Positions 54,430 to 63,915 of a stretch of DNA of 64,000 bases are shown in pieces. Source of the DNA: Ruminococcus sp. (lineage in GTDB: Bacteria > Bacillota > Clostridia > Oscillospirales > Ruminococcaceae); assembly GCF_024692365.1 (NCBI RefSeq), contig NZ_JAILMR010000007.1, positions 121 to 64,120 on the forward strand, read 5' to 3'. The position numbers and the translations under genes were made by a program. The stretch's first letter is position 1. Each line of letters begins with the position of its first letter. The notes beneath the pieces are model-generated. The model saw only the letters and a list, made by a program, of their open reading frames with translations, was not told where the DNA came from and made no database searches.

Positions 54430-54459
54430 GCACAAATGTTCCACGTGGAACATTTGTGC
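54430..54459. repeat. Perfect 30-bp palindrome GCACAAATGTTCCAC|GTGGAACATTTGTGC
   Basis: Read directly, with no spacer. It lies in the AT-rich 540-bp gap between coaBC and the cytoplasmic diguanylate cyclase gene. Confidence 0.9.
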
Positions 54460-54479
54460 TAGAAACATTGTCCTAACAT

Positions 54480-54508
54480 AAAACGACCCCCGTTTTTCCG
54501 AGGGTCGT
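54480..54508 (-). terminator. Terminator of the cytoplasmic diguanylate cyclase gene
   Basis: The minus strand reads ACGACCC-loop-GGGTCGT followed by TTT(T). Confidence 0.6.
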
Positions 54509-54523
54509 CATATCATCATTATA

Positions 54524-55939
54524 TCATTTGTTTACGGAAGAACGCTTCTTTTCGGGGTGCATCTCGTAATAGTGCTTTTTGTCGAGATACATATTTTCGT
54601 CAGCCACGCGCAATGCCGTTCTTACTTCAGCCAGAGCTGGCTCATAAGCGTAGCCTACCGCAAAGACCAGATCGCTGTATTTTTTCGCCGTCTCCCTGAG
54701 TTCCTCCGTTTTCCGGTAAAGCTCTTCTTCCGTAACGTCTGTCAGCACAACAACGAATTCATCGCCGCCCGCCCTGAAAATATCATGGGGACTGAATACC
54801 TCCTGCAAAGCCGCCGACGCTTTTTTCAGCAGTTCATCGCCTGCCGTGTGACCCTTGGTGTCATTTATAACTTTCAGACCGTTCAGGTCAGCAAATACAA
54901 CGCCCACCGATTCGCCTTTCTTGCCCTTGATAAGCGCATCCACATAGTTGTTCATCTCGTTGCGGTTCATCACGCCTGTCAGCATATCCTTTGAACTGAG
55001 AACATGAAGCTTATCCATCATCTTATAGCTGTATATTTCTGAAGCCAGTATGAACGTGGTGAGTTCGAGGGTCTCCTTGATGGTGTCGGCAGCCTCAGCA
55101 CTGAAATTTATCGCCCAGATATACCCCAGCAGTTCGTTCTTGAATTCCAGCGGGAACAGAACGATCGTCTTCCCACCCGCTTTTGTTATGGAATCATGCC
55201 ATACAGGATTCCTCTCACGGACAACTTCCATATCGCTTTCATTCTTGACGATAAGGCAGTTGCTTCCCGCAATGGTATCCTTCCAGGATTCTGCTATATC
55301 GTAGAATTTGTCGTCAACATATTTTTCCATAGTGCAAAGCTCGGTATCCTTGGAAAGCGCCTCACACAGCACCGAACATGAGCGCTTTGCATTATCCATC
55401 AGCAGTACACATACGTGCTCAGAATCGCAAAGTTCGCGGATATCCTCGCATATATCATTCATTATCGTACTGAAATCATCGTCGCTTCTCAGCTTGATAC
55501 AGGTCTCCAGTACCGCAGATGCGATATCCGCCGATATGGTAGAAAGCCTCTTTGCATCGGGCTTGAAGTTTACTTCCATTATATACATACAGTAATGCAG
55601 GTTTCCCTCATCGCCTGCCAATGGCAGGAATGACATATTGAACCATACATCAAATCTTGCAGGGTGAGCGTAAGAATGAAGCAGCTTTTTTTCCACCGCC
55701 GCACGATAGCATGAATCCTCAAAGTTCAGGTCACGGGTAAGATATTCCGTATACTCACTGTTGGGTACAAATTTTTTTGTCAGCATCACAACGTTTTCCA
55801 TCGGACGTTCGATAGTATCAAGATAAGCCCGATTACCTGTAACTATCCTGAACTTTCCGCAGCTGCCGTCCTCAAAAGTTTCAACCGATACTACACAGGC
55901 AGCTGTGGATATACTGTCAACCACATTCTGAAAATCCAT
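54524..55939 (-). CDS. Cytoplasmic diguanylate cyclase (GGDEF) with N-terminal PAS/GAF-like sensor regions
   Basis: Start at MDFQNVV behind GGAGGGG. No TM helices are evident. The C-terminus has DMLTGVMNRN...RAGGDEF. Confidence 0.85.
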   Translation of the reverse strand: MDFQNVVDSISTAACVVSVETFEDGSCGKFRIVTGNRAYLDTIERPMENVVMLTKKFVPNSEYTEYLTRDLNFEDSCYRAAVEKKLLHSYAHPARFDVWFNMSFLPLAGDEGNLHYCMYIMEVNFKPDAKRLSTISADIASAVLETCIKLRSDDDFSTIMNDICEDIRELCDSEHVCVLLMDNAKRSCSVLCEALSKDTELCTMEKYVDDKFYDIAESWKDTIAGSNCLIVKNESDMEVVRERNPVWHDSITKAGGKTIVLFPLEFKNELLGYIWAINFSAEAADTIKETLELTTFILASEIYSYKMMDKLHVLSSKDMLTGVMNRNEMNNYVDALIKGKKGESVGVVFADLNGLKVINDTKGHTAGDELLKKASAALQEVFSPHDIFRAGGDEFVVVLTDVTEEELYRKTEELRETAKKYSDLVFAVGYAYEPALAEVRTALRVADENMYLDKKHYYEMHPEKKRSSVNK

Positions 55940-56086
55940 ATGCCCCTCCATTTCCATCGGACATTACTATCATGTCCGACAAATAATTTACGGCAGATCA
56001 GCGATCCTACCGTCGAGTGTTACATATATTATATCACGATGTCACAAAAATTTCAAGTATCATCCGATAATTTAGCTATAATTTTT

Positions 56087-57046
56087 TCACACTTTGTTTT
56101 TAGTATTCGACACATCGTCCACTTTGTAAAGCTTTTTCATGTTCACAGTTGCTATACCCGCACCTATCAGAAGAAGTGCCGCCGCATATCTTATCCCAAG
56201 CTTATCACCAAGCAGTACTGCCGAAAGCATAACTCCCATGACAGGGTTCATAAATCCGTAAACTGATATCTTTGAAACATCGTTGTTTTTGAGAAGTATC
56301 CCCCAGAGAGTGTAAGCCACACTTGATACCAGCGCCAGATAGACAAGGAGTGCCACAGCCTTGAAAGAAACAGGTGAAGACCCGTCACTGCCGCCCGATA
56401 CCATCATTCCGCACTGACCGACTGCCGTCATCACCGCGCCGCCGAATATGAACTGCCAGCCGCTGAAAAGGACAGTATCGTGTTCCGAGGAATATTTCTT
56501 TATCATTGAAGAAGATACACCATAGCACAGCGCCGAAAGCGCCACAAGCCCGTCCCCGGCCGGGCGGAAAACAAATCCCGCAGGCAGGATCTCCACAAGT
56601 ATAACTCCCGCAAGTCCCAGCAGACAGCCTGTCAGTTTTCTGATGGTAAGTTTTTCCATTTTCAGTATAACGCTTGCTATGATTATCGCAAAAAAATTCG
56701 TAAGGGAATCCACCACTACCGAATTTACGCCCGTTGTGTGGGCAACTCCCAGATAGAAAAGAACATACTGACCTATGGTCTGGAAAAGACTCAGGAACAT
56801 TACCTTGCCCCATTCATCTCTCCGAGGTATAAGCAGTTTTTTGCGTGCAGCACCCGCGAAAGCTATCACAAGTATCCCCGCAAGAAAAAATCTTATACCC
56901 GCAAATCGTATTACCTTCCATGTTTCGTTCCCGCCGATATCCCACAGCTTGTAGCCTATCTTTATTGAGGGAACAGCGCTAGCCCACAAAAAGCAGCATA
57001 ACAGCGCCCCCGCGAATACCGCGAGTTCCTTTTTAAAACCTTTCAT
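56087..57046 (-). CDS. EamA/DMT-family transporter
   Basis: Start at MKGFKKELAVFAG. About ten TM helices form a duplicated EamA architecture. Confidence 0.8.
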   Translation of the reverse strand: MKGFKKELAVFAGALLCCFLWASAVPSIKIGYKLWDIGGNETWKVIRFAGIRFFLAGILVIAFAGAARKKLLIPRRDEWGKVMFLSLFQTIGQYVLFYLGVAHTTGVNSVVVDSLTNFFAIIIASVILKMEKLTIRKLTGCLLGLAGVILVEILPAGFVFRPAGDGLVALSALCYGVSSSMIKKYSSEHDTVLFSGWQFIFGGAVMTAVGQCGMMVSGGSDGSSPVSFKAVALLVYLALVSSVAYTLWGILLKNNDVSKISVYGFMNPVMGVMLSAVLLGDKLGIRYAAALLLIGAGIATVNMKKLYKVDDVSNTKNKV

Positions 57047-57242
57047 ACAATCACCAAAAATGATTATACACCATATTTGTGTATAAATCAAGGTTCCTGA
57101 AACGCCCCTCTGACGCTTTTTTTCATTATTCTTTCTTTATCCCCTTGCGTTTTGCGGGAAAATAGTGTATAATATAATAGATAATTTGTGTTTGCAGATA
57201 AGACCTGTGACATAAAGACATTGAAATAAAGGAGAAATGACA

Positions 57243-58637
57243 ATGACTAAGGCACAAAAGTACTTCAATGCAATAAAGGATAAAAGAGTTGCTTTCATAG
57301 GCGTGGGTGTAAGCCATACCGACCTTATAAAGGTATTCCTTTCCAAAGGCATAAACTGTGTTATCTGCGACAAGCGTGAAGAAGACGAGTTCGACCCTAT
57401 GCTGATAGAGGATTTCAGGGCTAAGGGCTGTGAATTCTCACTGGGCGAGAATTACCTTGATGAACTTTTCAACTGTGATATCGTATTCCGTACCCCCGGT
57501 ATGTACTACAACGACCCCACTCTTACTAAGGCAAGAAAGAAAGGCGTTGTTATAACCTCCGAGATGGAGACTTTCTTCGACCTCTGCCCCTGCAAGACCT
57601 ATGCGCTGACAGGTTCCGACGGCAAGACCACCACTACTACTCTCGTAAGCGAATTCCTGAAAGCCGAGGGCAAGCGCGTTCATCTGGGCGGAAATATCGG
57701 TAAGGCACTCCTGCCTCTGGTAGAGACAATCTCCGAGACAGATGTGGCTGTATGCGAGCTTTCAAGCTTCCAGCTGATATCCATGCGTGAAAGCCCCGAT
57801 GTTGCGGGCATAACAAATATCCGACCCAACCATCTGAACGTTCACGGCACTATGGAAGAATACACTCTTGCAAAATGCAATATACTCGACCACCAGAACG
57901 CATATTCAAGATCGGTACTCAGCTTTGATGATGAAGTGACCCATGGTCTTGAAGACCGTGTACGCGGCGACCTTGCTTGGTTCAGCATAAAGGAAAAGCC
58001 CGATAACGGCGCATTTCTCCGCGAGGACGGTATGCTTTGCTACAACGAGCGCGGAAAAGTTACCGAGTATGTACATATGAAGGATATCAAGATACCCGGT
58101 ATGCACAACGTTGAGGACTACCTCACCGCGATAGCTATGACTTATGGCGAAGTACAGCCCGAGACCGTTGCCAAGATAGCCAAAGAATTCGGCGGCGTTG
58201 AGCACCGTATCGAATTTGTAAGAGAACTGGACGGCGTTAAGTATTACAACAACTCCATAGCTTCCAGCCCAACCAGAGTTCTTGCCTGCTTAGCTGCATT
58301 CGACCAGAAGCAGATAATGATACAGGGCGGTTCTGATAAGGGCGTAAGCTTTGAGCCTATGGCTGCACCTATCTGTGAAAAGGTGAAGGTGCTGATACTC
58401 ATGGGTCAGACCAAAGATAAGATACGCGCAGCAGTTGAAGCTGCTCCCAATTTCAAGGACAGCGGTCTGAAGATAATAACCGTTAAGGATATGGCAGAAG
58501 CAGTACGCACCGCCCGCGAATATGCAGAGGAGGGCGATATCGTATCCCTGACACCTGCCTGCGCAAGCTTTGATATGTACCGTATGTTCGAGGACAGAGG
58601 CAGACATTTCAAGCAGCTGGTAAACGAACTCAGCTGA
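57243..58637 (+). CDS. murD: UDP-N-acetylmuramoylalanine--D-glutamate ligase
   Basis: The second ATG (57243) has better spacing to AAGGAG than 57237. It has a Mur ligase P-loop GSDGKTTTT and a C-terminal domain. Confidence 0.9.
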   Translation: MTKAQKYFNAIKDKRVAFIGVGVSHTDLIKVFLSKGINCVICDKREEDEFDPMLIEDFRAKGCEFSLGENYLDELFNCDIVFRTPGMYYNDPTLTKARKKGVVITSEMETFFDLCPCKTYALTGSDGKTTTTTLVSEFLKAEGKRVHLGGNIGKALLPLVETISETDVAVCELSSFQLISMRESPDVAGITNIRPNHLNVHGTMEEYTLAKCNILDHQNAYSRSVLSFDDEVTHGLEDRVRGDLAWFSIKEKPDNGAFLREDGMLCYNERGKVTEYVHMKDIKIPGMHNVEDYLTAIAMTYGEVQPETVAKIAKEFGGVEHRIEFVRELDGVKYYNNSIASSPTRVLACLAAFDQKQIMIQGGSDKGVSFEPMAAPICEKVKVLILMGQTKDKIRAAVEAAPNFKDSGLKIITVKDMAEAVRTAREYAEEGDIVSLTPACASFDMYRMFEDRGRHFKQLVNELS

Positions 58638-58689
58638 GTATAGTATAGGAAAGTAAAAATGATCCTATCCCCCGAACGGAGGACTTATA

Positions 58690-59475
58690 ATGATATATCA
58701 GACAAAAGATATCGACCTTGCGCTGATAAACAGGCTCAGGGACAATAATTACAGCAGGCGAATAAAGTCGCATTTTCTCGCATACGGGACAAAATACGAT
58801 TTTTTGCGGTTCTTCTTTATGGACTACAAGGGCGAAAGACTGGGAATGTTCTCTGAATTCAACAGCGCACTTATGATATCGACTTTTGAGGGCAAAGAAC
58901 TTCCCGAGGAAATGCTGGAAGAGCTTTCGGGCTTTGTGCGTATGCTGAAACCTTTCTCGGTAGAGCTTGAAAGGCAGTACGGCGAAAAGCTTGCTGTGCT
59001 TTTAGATGATGAATACCGAAGTGAAAAGCGTACAGAATTCACATACTCTCCCACAGGAAAACTGCCCCCGCTGGAAGTTGACGAACTTCCCAAGCTGGAC
59101 GATGTGTACAAGATACTTGCACAGTGTTTTCCGAGGCTTGAAGACAGCTACGAGATGTGGTTGACAGATACCTCTCACCGCATAAGACGGGGACTTTCAC
59201 AGTCATTCCTTATGGGAGACTATACCACCGCTACCATACAGTACATAATCGACAAGATAGCACTGGTGGGTCAGGTAGGCACAGTACCCGAGGAACGCGG
59301 AAAAATGCACGCGAGAACTCTGCTTTACTGGATAGGCGAAAGACTATGGCAGCAGGGCATTTCCGTGAAGCTTTTCGCAAGACCCCACAGAGTAAGCTAT
59401 TACGAAGAGATAGGCTTCAAAGCCATGGGCATAGATACAGTTCTTGAAAGACGGGACGAAAAGCCCAGCCATTAA
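58690..59475 (+). CDS. Hypothetical protein, possible GNAT-like fold at the C-terminus
   Basis: 261 aa with a GGAGG RBS. The C-terminal ...YYEEIGFKAMG resembles the end of acetyltransferase folds. The assignment is weak. Confidence 0.55.
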   Translation: MIYQTKDIDLALINRLRDNNYSRRIKSHFLAYGTKYDFLRFFFMDYKGERLGMFSEFNSALMISTFEGKELPEEMLEELSGFVRMLKPFSVELERQYGEKLAVLLDDEYRSEKRTEFTYSPTGKLPPLEVDELPKLDDVYKILAQCFPRLEDSYEMWLTDTSHRIRRGLSQSFLMGDYTTATIQYIIDKIALVGQVGTVPEERGKMHARTLLYWIGERLWQQGISVKLFARPHRVSYYEEIGFKAMGIDTVLERRDEKPSH

Positions 59476-59506
59476 TATAGTTATAGTACAATCGAGGGGT
59501 GGATAT

Positions 59507-59962
59507 ATGGAAAGAAAAAAGCTTCCTGCAGGAGCAAGAAAATTCGCAGTTCTTGCAGTGATATCCGCACTGGCAGCAGTTTGGGCGGGTCTGGCTTCGC
59601 TTAATTTCTATATTTCAAACAAAAGCTGCACAGAACGTGTTACCGCCCATGCAGAACACGTTGAAAGATCTCTCGATTCGAACGGCTACACCTACACAGT
59701 GGATTACACTTATGAATTTGGCGACAGCGAACACAACTGCAAGGCTGTATTTATCACGAAAAGAGCACGTGACATAAATTACTATTATTCCGACAGGGAT
59801 ATACTTATAGACCCCGATGATTCTGAAAAATATTTCATCAGGGGTTCCCGAAAAAACCACGATCCCCGATTCTTTGTTGTGGCGGTAATGCTTACCATTG
59901 TGTGTACGGGGCTTATGCTAAAAAAGATCCAGGATGAAAAAGATCTACATGAGGTGAAATAA
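59507..59962 (+). CDS. Hypothetical two-TM membrane protein (DUF3592-like topology)
   Basis: Start at MERKKLPAGARKF. It has N- and C-terminal TM helices flanking a small extracytoplasmic domain. Confidence 0.55.
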   Translation: MERKKLPAGARKFAVLAVISALAAVWAGLASLNFYISNKSCTERVTAHAEHVERSLDSNGYTYTVDYTYEFGDSEHNCKAVFITKRARDINYYYSDRDILIDPDDSEKYFIRGSRKNHDPRFFVVAVMLTIVCTGLMLKKIQDEKDLHEVK

Positions 59963-61216
59963 TTGACAAACATTTTTGGATTAGATGAAAAAATACTGAC
60001 CCTTGCTGCTGAGGCTGAGGGTGAATGCAAGGAGGTATTCGCGGAAATAGACCGCATCGCTGAGATAAACGGACAGAAAGTTCTGAAAGCATTCATCGAC
60101 AACCGCGTGAGCGAGGGCTGTCTTAAAGGCACTACGGGCTACGGCTACGGCGATATTGGCAGAGATACTGCGGATAAGGTTTACGCTCAGGCGCTGGGGG
60201 GCGAAGATGCCATAGTAAGACATACATTCGTCAACGGCACTCATGCACTTTCCACCGCGCTTTTCGGTATACTCCGTCCCGATGATATGCTGTGTTTTCT
60301 CACAGGTGCCCCCTACGATACCCTTGAGGGCGTAGTTGGCAAAGAGGGCGATAAAGGCTGCGGCTCGCTGAGAGATTTCGGCGTGAAGAGCAGCATTGTC
60401 GAGCTTAAAGAGGACGGCACTCCCGACCTTGAAGCCATCGCAAAGGCAGCAAAGGGCGCGAAAGTCGGCTACATACAGAGGTCGCGCGGATATTCTCTCA
60501 GACCATCTTTCACAGTTGACGTCATGGGCGAAGCTATAAAAGCGGCTAAGGACGCTAATCCCGATATAATTATACTCACCGACAACTGCTACGGCGAATT
60601 CGTTGAGGAAAAGGAACCGCTTGCTGTGGGTGCCGACCTGATAGTCGGTTCACTGATAAAGAACCCCGGCGGCGGAATAGCAAGCACAGGCGGATACATC
60701 TGCGGACGTGCAGACTTAGTTGAAAAATGCGCGGACAGGCTCACCTGCGTGGGCATGGGCAAGGAAGTAGGCTGTTCACTTAACATGAACAGGGAGATAC
60801 TTCTGGGCTTCTTCCTCTGTCCCCAGACAGTGGCAAATGCGCTGAAAACTTCCGTTTTCGCTTGCAGGCTTTTTGAGAAACTGGGTTATAAGACTCTCCC
60901 CGAAAGCAGTGAAAAGAGAACGGATATCATCGCATCTATCCTGCTTGAAAACGAAAAGAACCTGACCGCATTCTGCAAGGGCATACAGAAAGGCAGCCCT
61001 GTTGACAGCTATGTTACTCCCGAGGCATGGGATATGCCCGGATATGAGAGCAAGGTCATCATGGCGGCAGGTGCATTCACAATGGGCGCTTCCATCGAAC
61101 TTTCAGCCGATGCACCGATACGCGAACCATACGCCGTATGGTTACAGGGCGGTATAACCTATCCCAGCGGCAAGATGGGAATAATGCTGGCTGCACAGGA
61201 GCTTATCAATTCATAA
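59963..61216 (+). CDS. Methionine gamma-lyase-family PLP protein (YnbB / aluminium-resistance-protein-like)
   Basis: 417 aa with a TTG start behind GAGGTG. The content is typical of the YnbB family (GYGYGDIGRD, SLIKNPGGG). Confidence 0.8.
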   Translation: MTNIFGLDEKILTLAAEAEGECKEVFAEIDRIAEINGQKVLKAFIDNRVSEGCLKGTTGYGYGDIGRDTADKVYAQALGGEDAIVRHTFVNGTHALSTALFGILRPDDMLCFLTGAPYDTLEGVVGKEGDKGCGSLRDFGVKSSIVELKEDGTPDLEAIAKAAKGAKVGYIQRSRGYSLRPSFTVDVMGEAIKAAKDANPDIIILTDNCYGEFVEEKEPLAVGADLIVGSLIKNPGGGIASTGGYICGRADLVEKCADRLTCVGMGKEVGCSLNMNREILLGFFLCPQTVANALKTSVFACRLFEKLGYKTLPESSEKRTDIIASILLENEKNLTAFCKGIQKGSPVDSYVTPEAWDMPGYESKVIMAAGAFTMGASIELSADAPIREPYAVWLQGGITYPSGKMGIMLAAQELINS

Positions 61217-61247
61217 TTCATAATGCATAATTTATAATTATTGACAT
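61206..61247 (+). repeat. 42-nt TTCATAAT-rich element, copy 2 (overlaps the stop codon of the ynbB-like gene)
   Basis: TCAATTCATAATTCATAATGCATAATTTATAATTATTGACAT matches the minus strand of 1028-1069 at 37 of 42 positions. Confidence 0.7.
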
Positions 61248-61273
61248 AATGGAAAGATGGGAGAGAAAACGAT

Positions 61274-61848
61274 ATGACAGAAATGGATATTATAGAATTA
61301 AGTCTTTACATCGGTTTTATTTCATTATGCATGATTGTTTATTTTTCTCCTTCAATAATTAATTATTTGAAAAAAAGCATCATGAAAAACTTTCTAAGCA
61401 AAATCAAGAAACGTATCAAAAAGAAGTTAAAAGAATCGCTAAAGAATATGAATCTTCACAGTTCTTAGCAGATATTTATTCAGAAATCAAATCAGCATCA
61501 ATTAGTTTTGGATTTAATGATGATATGCCAATAAAATCAGTACGTATTCATCATGATAATTTATGTGTATCTTTTTATAATGAAATAAATGAAAAGTATT
61601 ATAATAAAGAGATCAAATTTAAAGATCTAGGATATAAAGAATTGACAAATTCTAATCCTGCAATCATAGAACTGGGGATAGGAAGAAATCCTGAAGAAGA
61701 TGGTTTTGGAGAAGCCTTGCAGTCAAGACTCGGTGATCAATATTTCTATGTTGCGGATTGGGATGATCATCTTTTACAAGCAAGATATTATATTAAAACA
61801 AAAAGAGAGTTTATTTCGCCTGAAAGTAAACTTAAGCCAACAAGATAA
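61274..61848 (+). pseudogene. AT-rich hypothetical gene apparently split by a frameshift in an A7 run (track ORFs 61274-61468 and 61525-61848)
   Basis: The frame of the second ORF stays open upstream to 61363 without a start codon and encodes protein-like sequence (EKLSKQNQETYQKEVKRIAKEYESSQFLADIYSEIK...). One extra A in the run at 61370-61376 would fuse it to the TM-containing N-terminus of the first ORF. Confidence 0.45.
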
Positions 61849-61872
61849 AACAATAATAAGGAGCTGATAACT

Positions 61873-62832
61873 ATGGCAGAGATATTCAGTGTAACAGTCA
61901 GCGAGATAGTCAAGCAGCTTGGGCTTGAACTGCTCTATGCGCCCGATAATATCGATGAGCTGATAGTCACCGACAACGACTGCAACCGTCCCGGATTGCA
62001 GCTGATGGGATTCTATGAGTACTTCAACGCCGAGCGTATACAGATATGCGGCAATATGGAGTTCGCTTATCTGGCTTCCATCGACGAAGAGATCAGAAGA
62101 CAGAGGCTCGATGCACTTTTTGCAACAAAGATACCCATGTTCATCGTAGCAAGAAGCCATGAGCTTTATCCCGAAATGATAGAGATAGCATCAAAACACG
62201 GCGTGCCGATAGCACGTACTTCTGACAGCACCACTGCGTTCATCGCGGCGCTTATCGGCTACCTCAATGTTGAGCTTGCGCCCCGTATCACCCGTCACGG
62301 CGTGCTTATCGAAGTTTACGGCGAGGGCATACTCATCGTGGGCGAAAGCGGCGTAGGTAAGAGCGAGACCGCTATCGAGCTGGTAAAGAGAGGTCACCGT
62401 CTTGTGGCTGACGACGCTGTTGAGATAAGAAAGACCTCCAGCAGAACTCTGGTAGGTCAGTCACCCGATAATATCAGGCATTTTCTGGAACTCCGCGGCA
62501 TAGGTATTATAAATACCAGAAGACTGTTCGGTATGGGTGCCGTAAAGATATCCGAAAAGATAGACCTGATAGTTCAGCTGGAACCCTGGGACAGCAAGAA
62601 GATTTACGACCGTATGGGTGTGGATAATGAGTATACTTCCATACTCGGCATAAAGATACCCAGCCTTACCATACCGATAAAGCCCGGCCGTAACCTCGCT
62701 GTTATACTGGAAGTTGCCGCTATGAACAACCGTCACAAGAAGATGGGCTACAATGCAGCAGCTGAGCTTTTACAGAATCTGGGTCTTGAAATGGATACCA
62801 AGGAATCCGTTAAGAACTGGGACGTTTTCTGA
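61873..62832 (+). CDS. hprK: HPr kinase/phosphorylase
   Basis: 319 aa with P-loop GESGVGKSE and LVADDAVEI. Confidence 0.92.
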   Translation: MAEIFSVTVSEIVKQLGLELLYAPDNIDELIVTDNDCNRPGLQLMGFYEYFNAERIQICGNMEFAYLASIDEEIRRQRLDALFATKIPMFIVARSHELYPEMIEIASKHGVPIARTSDSTTAFIAALIGYLNVELAPRITRHGVLIEVYGEGILIVGESGVGKSETAIELVKRGHRLVADDAVEIRKTSSRTLVGQSPDNIRHFLELRGIGIINTRRLFGMGAVKISEKIDLIVQLEPWDSKKIYDRMGVDNEYTSILGIKIPSLTIPIKPGRNLAVILEVAAMNNRHKKMGYNAAAELLQNLGLEMDTKESVKNWDVF

Positions 62833-62949
62833 TAACGCTCATCACAGGGCATGATATGTCTTGCTGACACGGGATATCATCATGCCAATTTATGCCAGAA
62901 TGTCCGACAAGATATTTCGGCACCAATAAACAAACAAGGAGAAGAACAA

Positions 62950-63885
62950 GTGAAAGAACTTGATATGAATACACGTTCATTGCTGGAACTGGCGGAAGAA
63001 CTGGAATGCAGAGTATTCCCGAACGAACCGCTTGATAAACACAACACCTTCCGCATAGGCGGGTGCTGTACCGCAATGATAGATATAAATTCACCCGATA
63101 ATCTCTCACATCTGTGGGAAGAAGCAAACCGTCTTGGTATAAGGACTATGGCACTGGGCAACGGCTCGAACGTACTGTTCGATGACCGCGGCTTCAACGG
63201 TGTTATCTTCCTGATAGGCAGTTCGATGGATAAGATATATATGAAAGACGAAAATACCATCGTGGCACAGGCAGGCTGTCCCCTGCTGAAACTTTGCCGC
63301 TTCGCCCTTGAACATTCCCTCAGCGGACTGGAATTCGCATACGGTATCCCTGGAAGCGTGGGCGGCGCTATATTCATGAACGCAGGCGCATACGGCGGAG
63401 AGATAAAGGACGTTATAAAATACGGCAGAGCTGTTGACCGCGCTGGCAGACAGTTTGAATACAAGAACGACCAGATGAGGTTCGGTTACAGGACCAGCAG
63501 GTTCATCGAGAGCGGCGAACTGATAGTCGAGGGTGAATTTGAACTACCGAGCGGAAGCTATGACGAGATACAGGACAAGATGGTCGAACTTATGGGTCGC
63601 CGCCGTGATAAACAGCCGCTGAATATGCCCAGTGCAGGCAGTACCTTCAAAAGACCCACAGGCGAGGGACTTTTTGCAGGTAAGCTGATAGAGGACAGCG
63701 GACTCAGAGGTTTCTCCGTGGGCGGAGCACAGGTCAGCGAAAAGCACTGCGGTTTCGTAGTTAACAAGGGCGGTGCGACCTCTGCCGACGTACTTGAACT
63801 AATAAAACAGGTACAGGAAAAAGTATACAAAGATTCGGGCATACAGCTTGAATGTGAGGTAAGATACATACCTTACGAAGCGTAA
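62950..63885 (+). CDS. murB: UDP-N-acetylenolpyruvoylglucosamine reductase
   Basis: FAD-binding domain content (NTFRIGG, GNGSNVLF, AGSTFKRP). The start is either GTG 62950 (8 nt after AAGGAG) or ATG 62965. The track start at 62851 is unlikely. Confidence 0.88.
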   Translation: MKELDMNTRSLLELAEELECRVFPNEPLDKHNTFRIGGCCTAMIDINSPDNLSHLWEEANRLGIRTMALGNGSNVLFDDRGFNGVIFLIGSSMDKIYMKDENTIVAQAGCPLLKLCRFALEHSLSGLEFAYGIPGSVGGAIFMNAGAYGGEIKDVIKYGRAVDRAGRQFEYKNDQMRFGYRTSRFIESGELIVEGEFELPSGSYDEIQDKMVELMGRRRDKQPLNMPSAGSTFKRPTGEGLFAGKLIEDSGLRGFSVGGAQVSEKHCGFVVNKGGATSADVLELIKQVQEKVYKDSGIQLECEVRYIPYEA

Positions 63886-63915
63886 ATTACTCCCTTAAAT
63901 TAGGGTAAAAAGGGG

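Noticed and set aside
62851-62949. N-terminal extension of murB from the track ORF start at 62851
   Set aside because: The extension (MICLADTGYHHANLCQ...) has no MurB similarity and overlaps the hprK terminal region. An AAGGAG RBS precedes the GTG at 62950.
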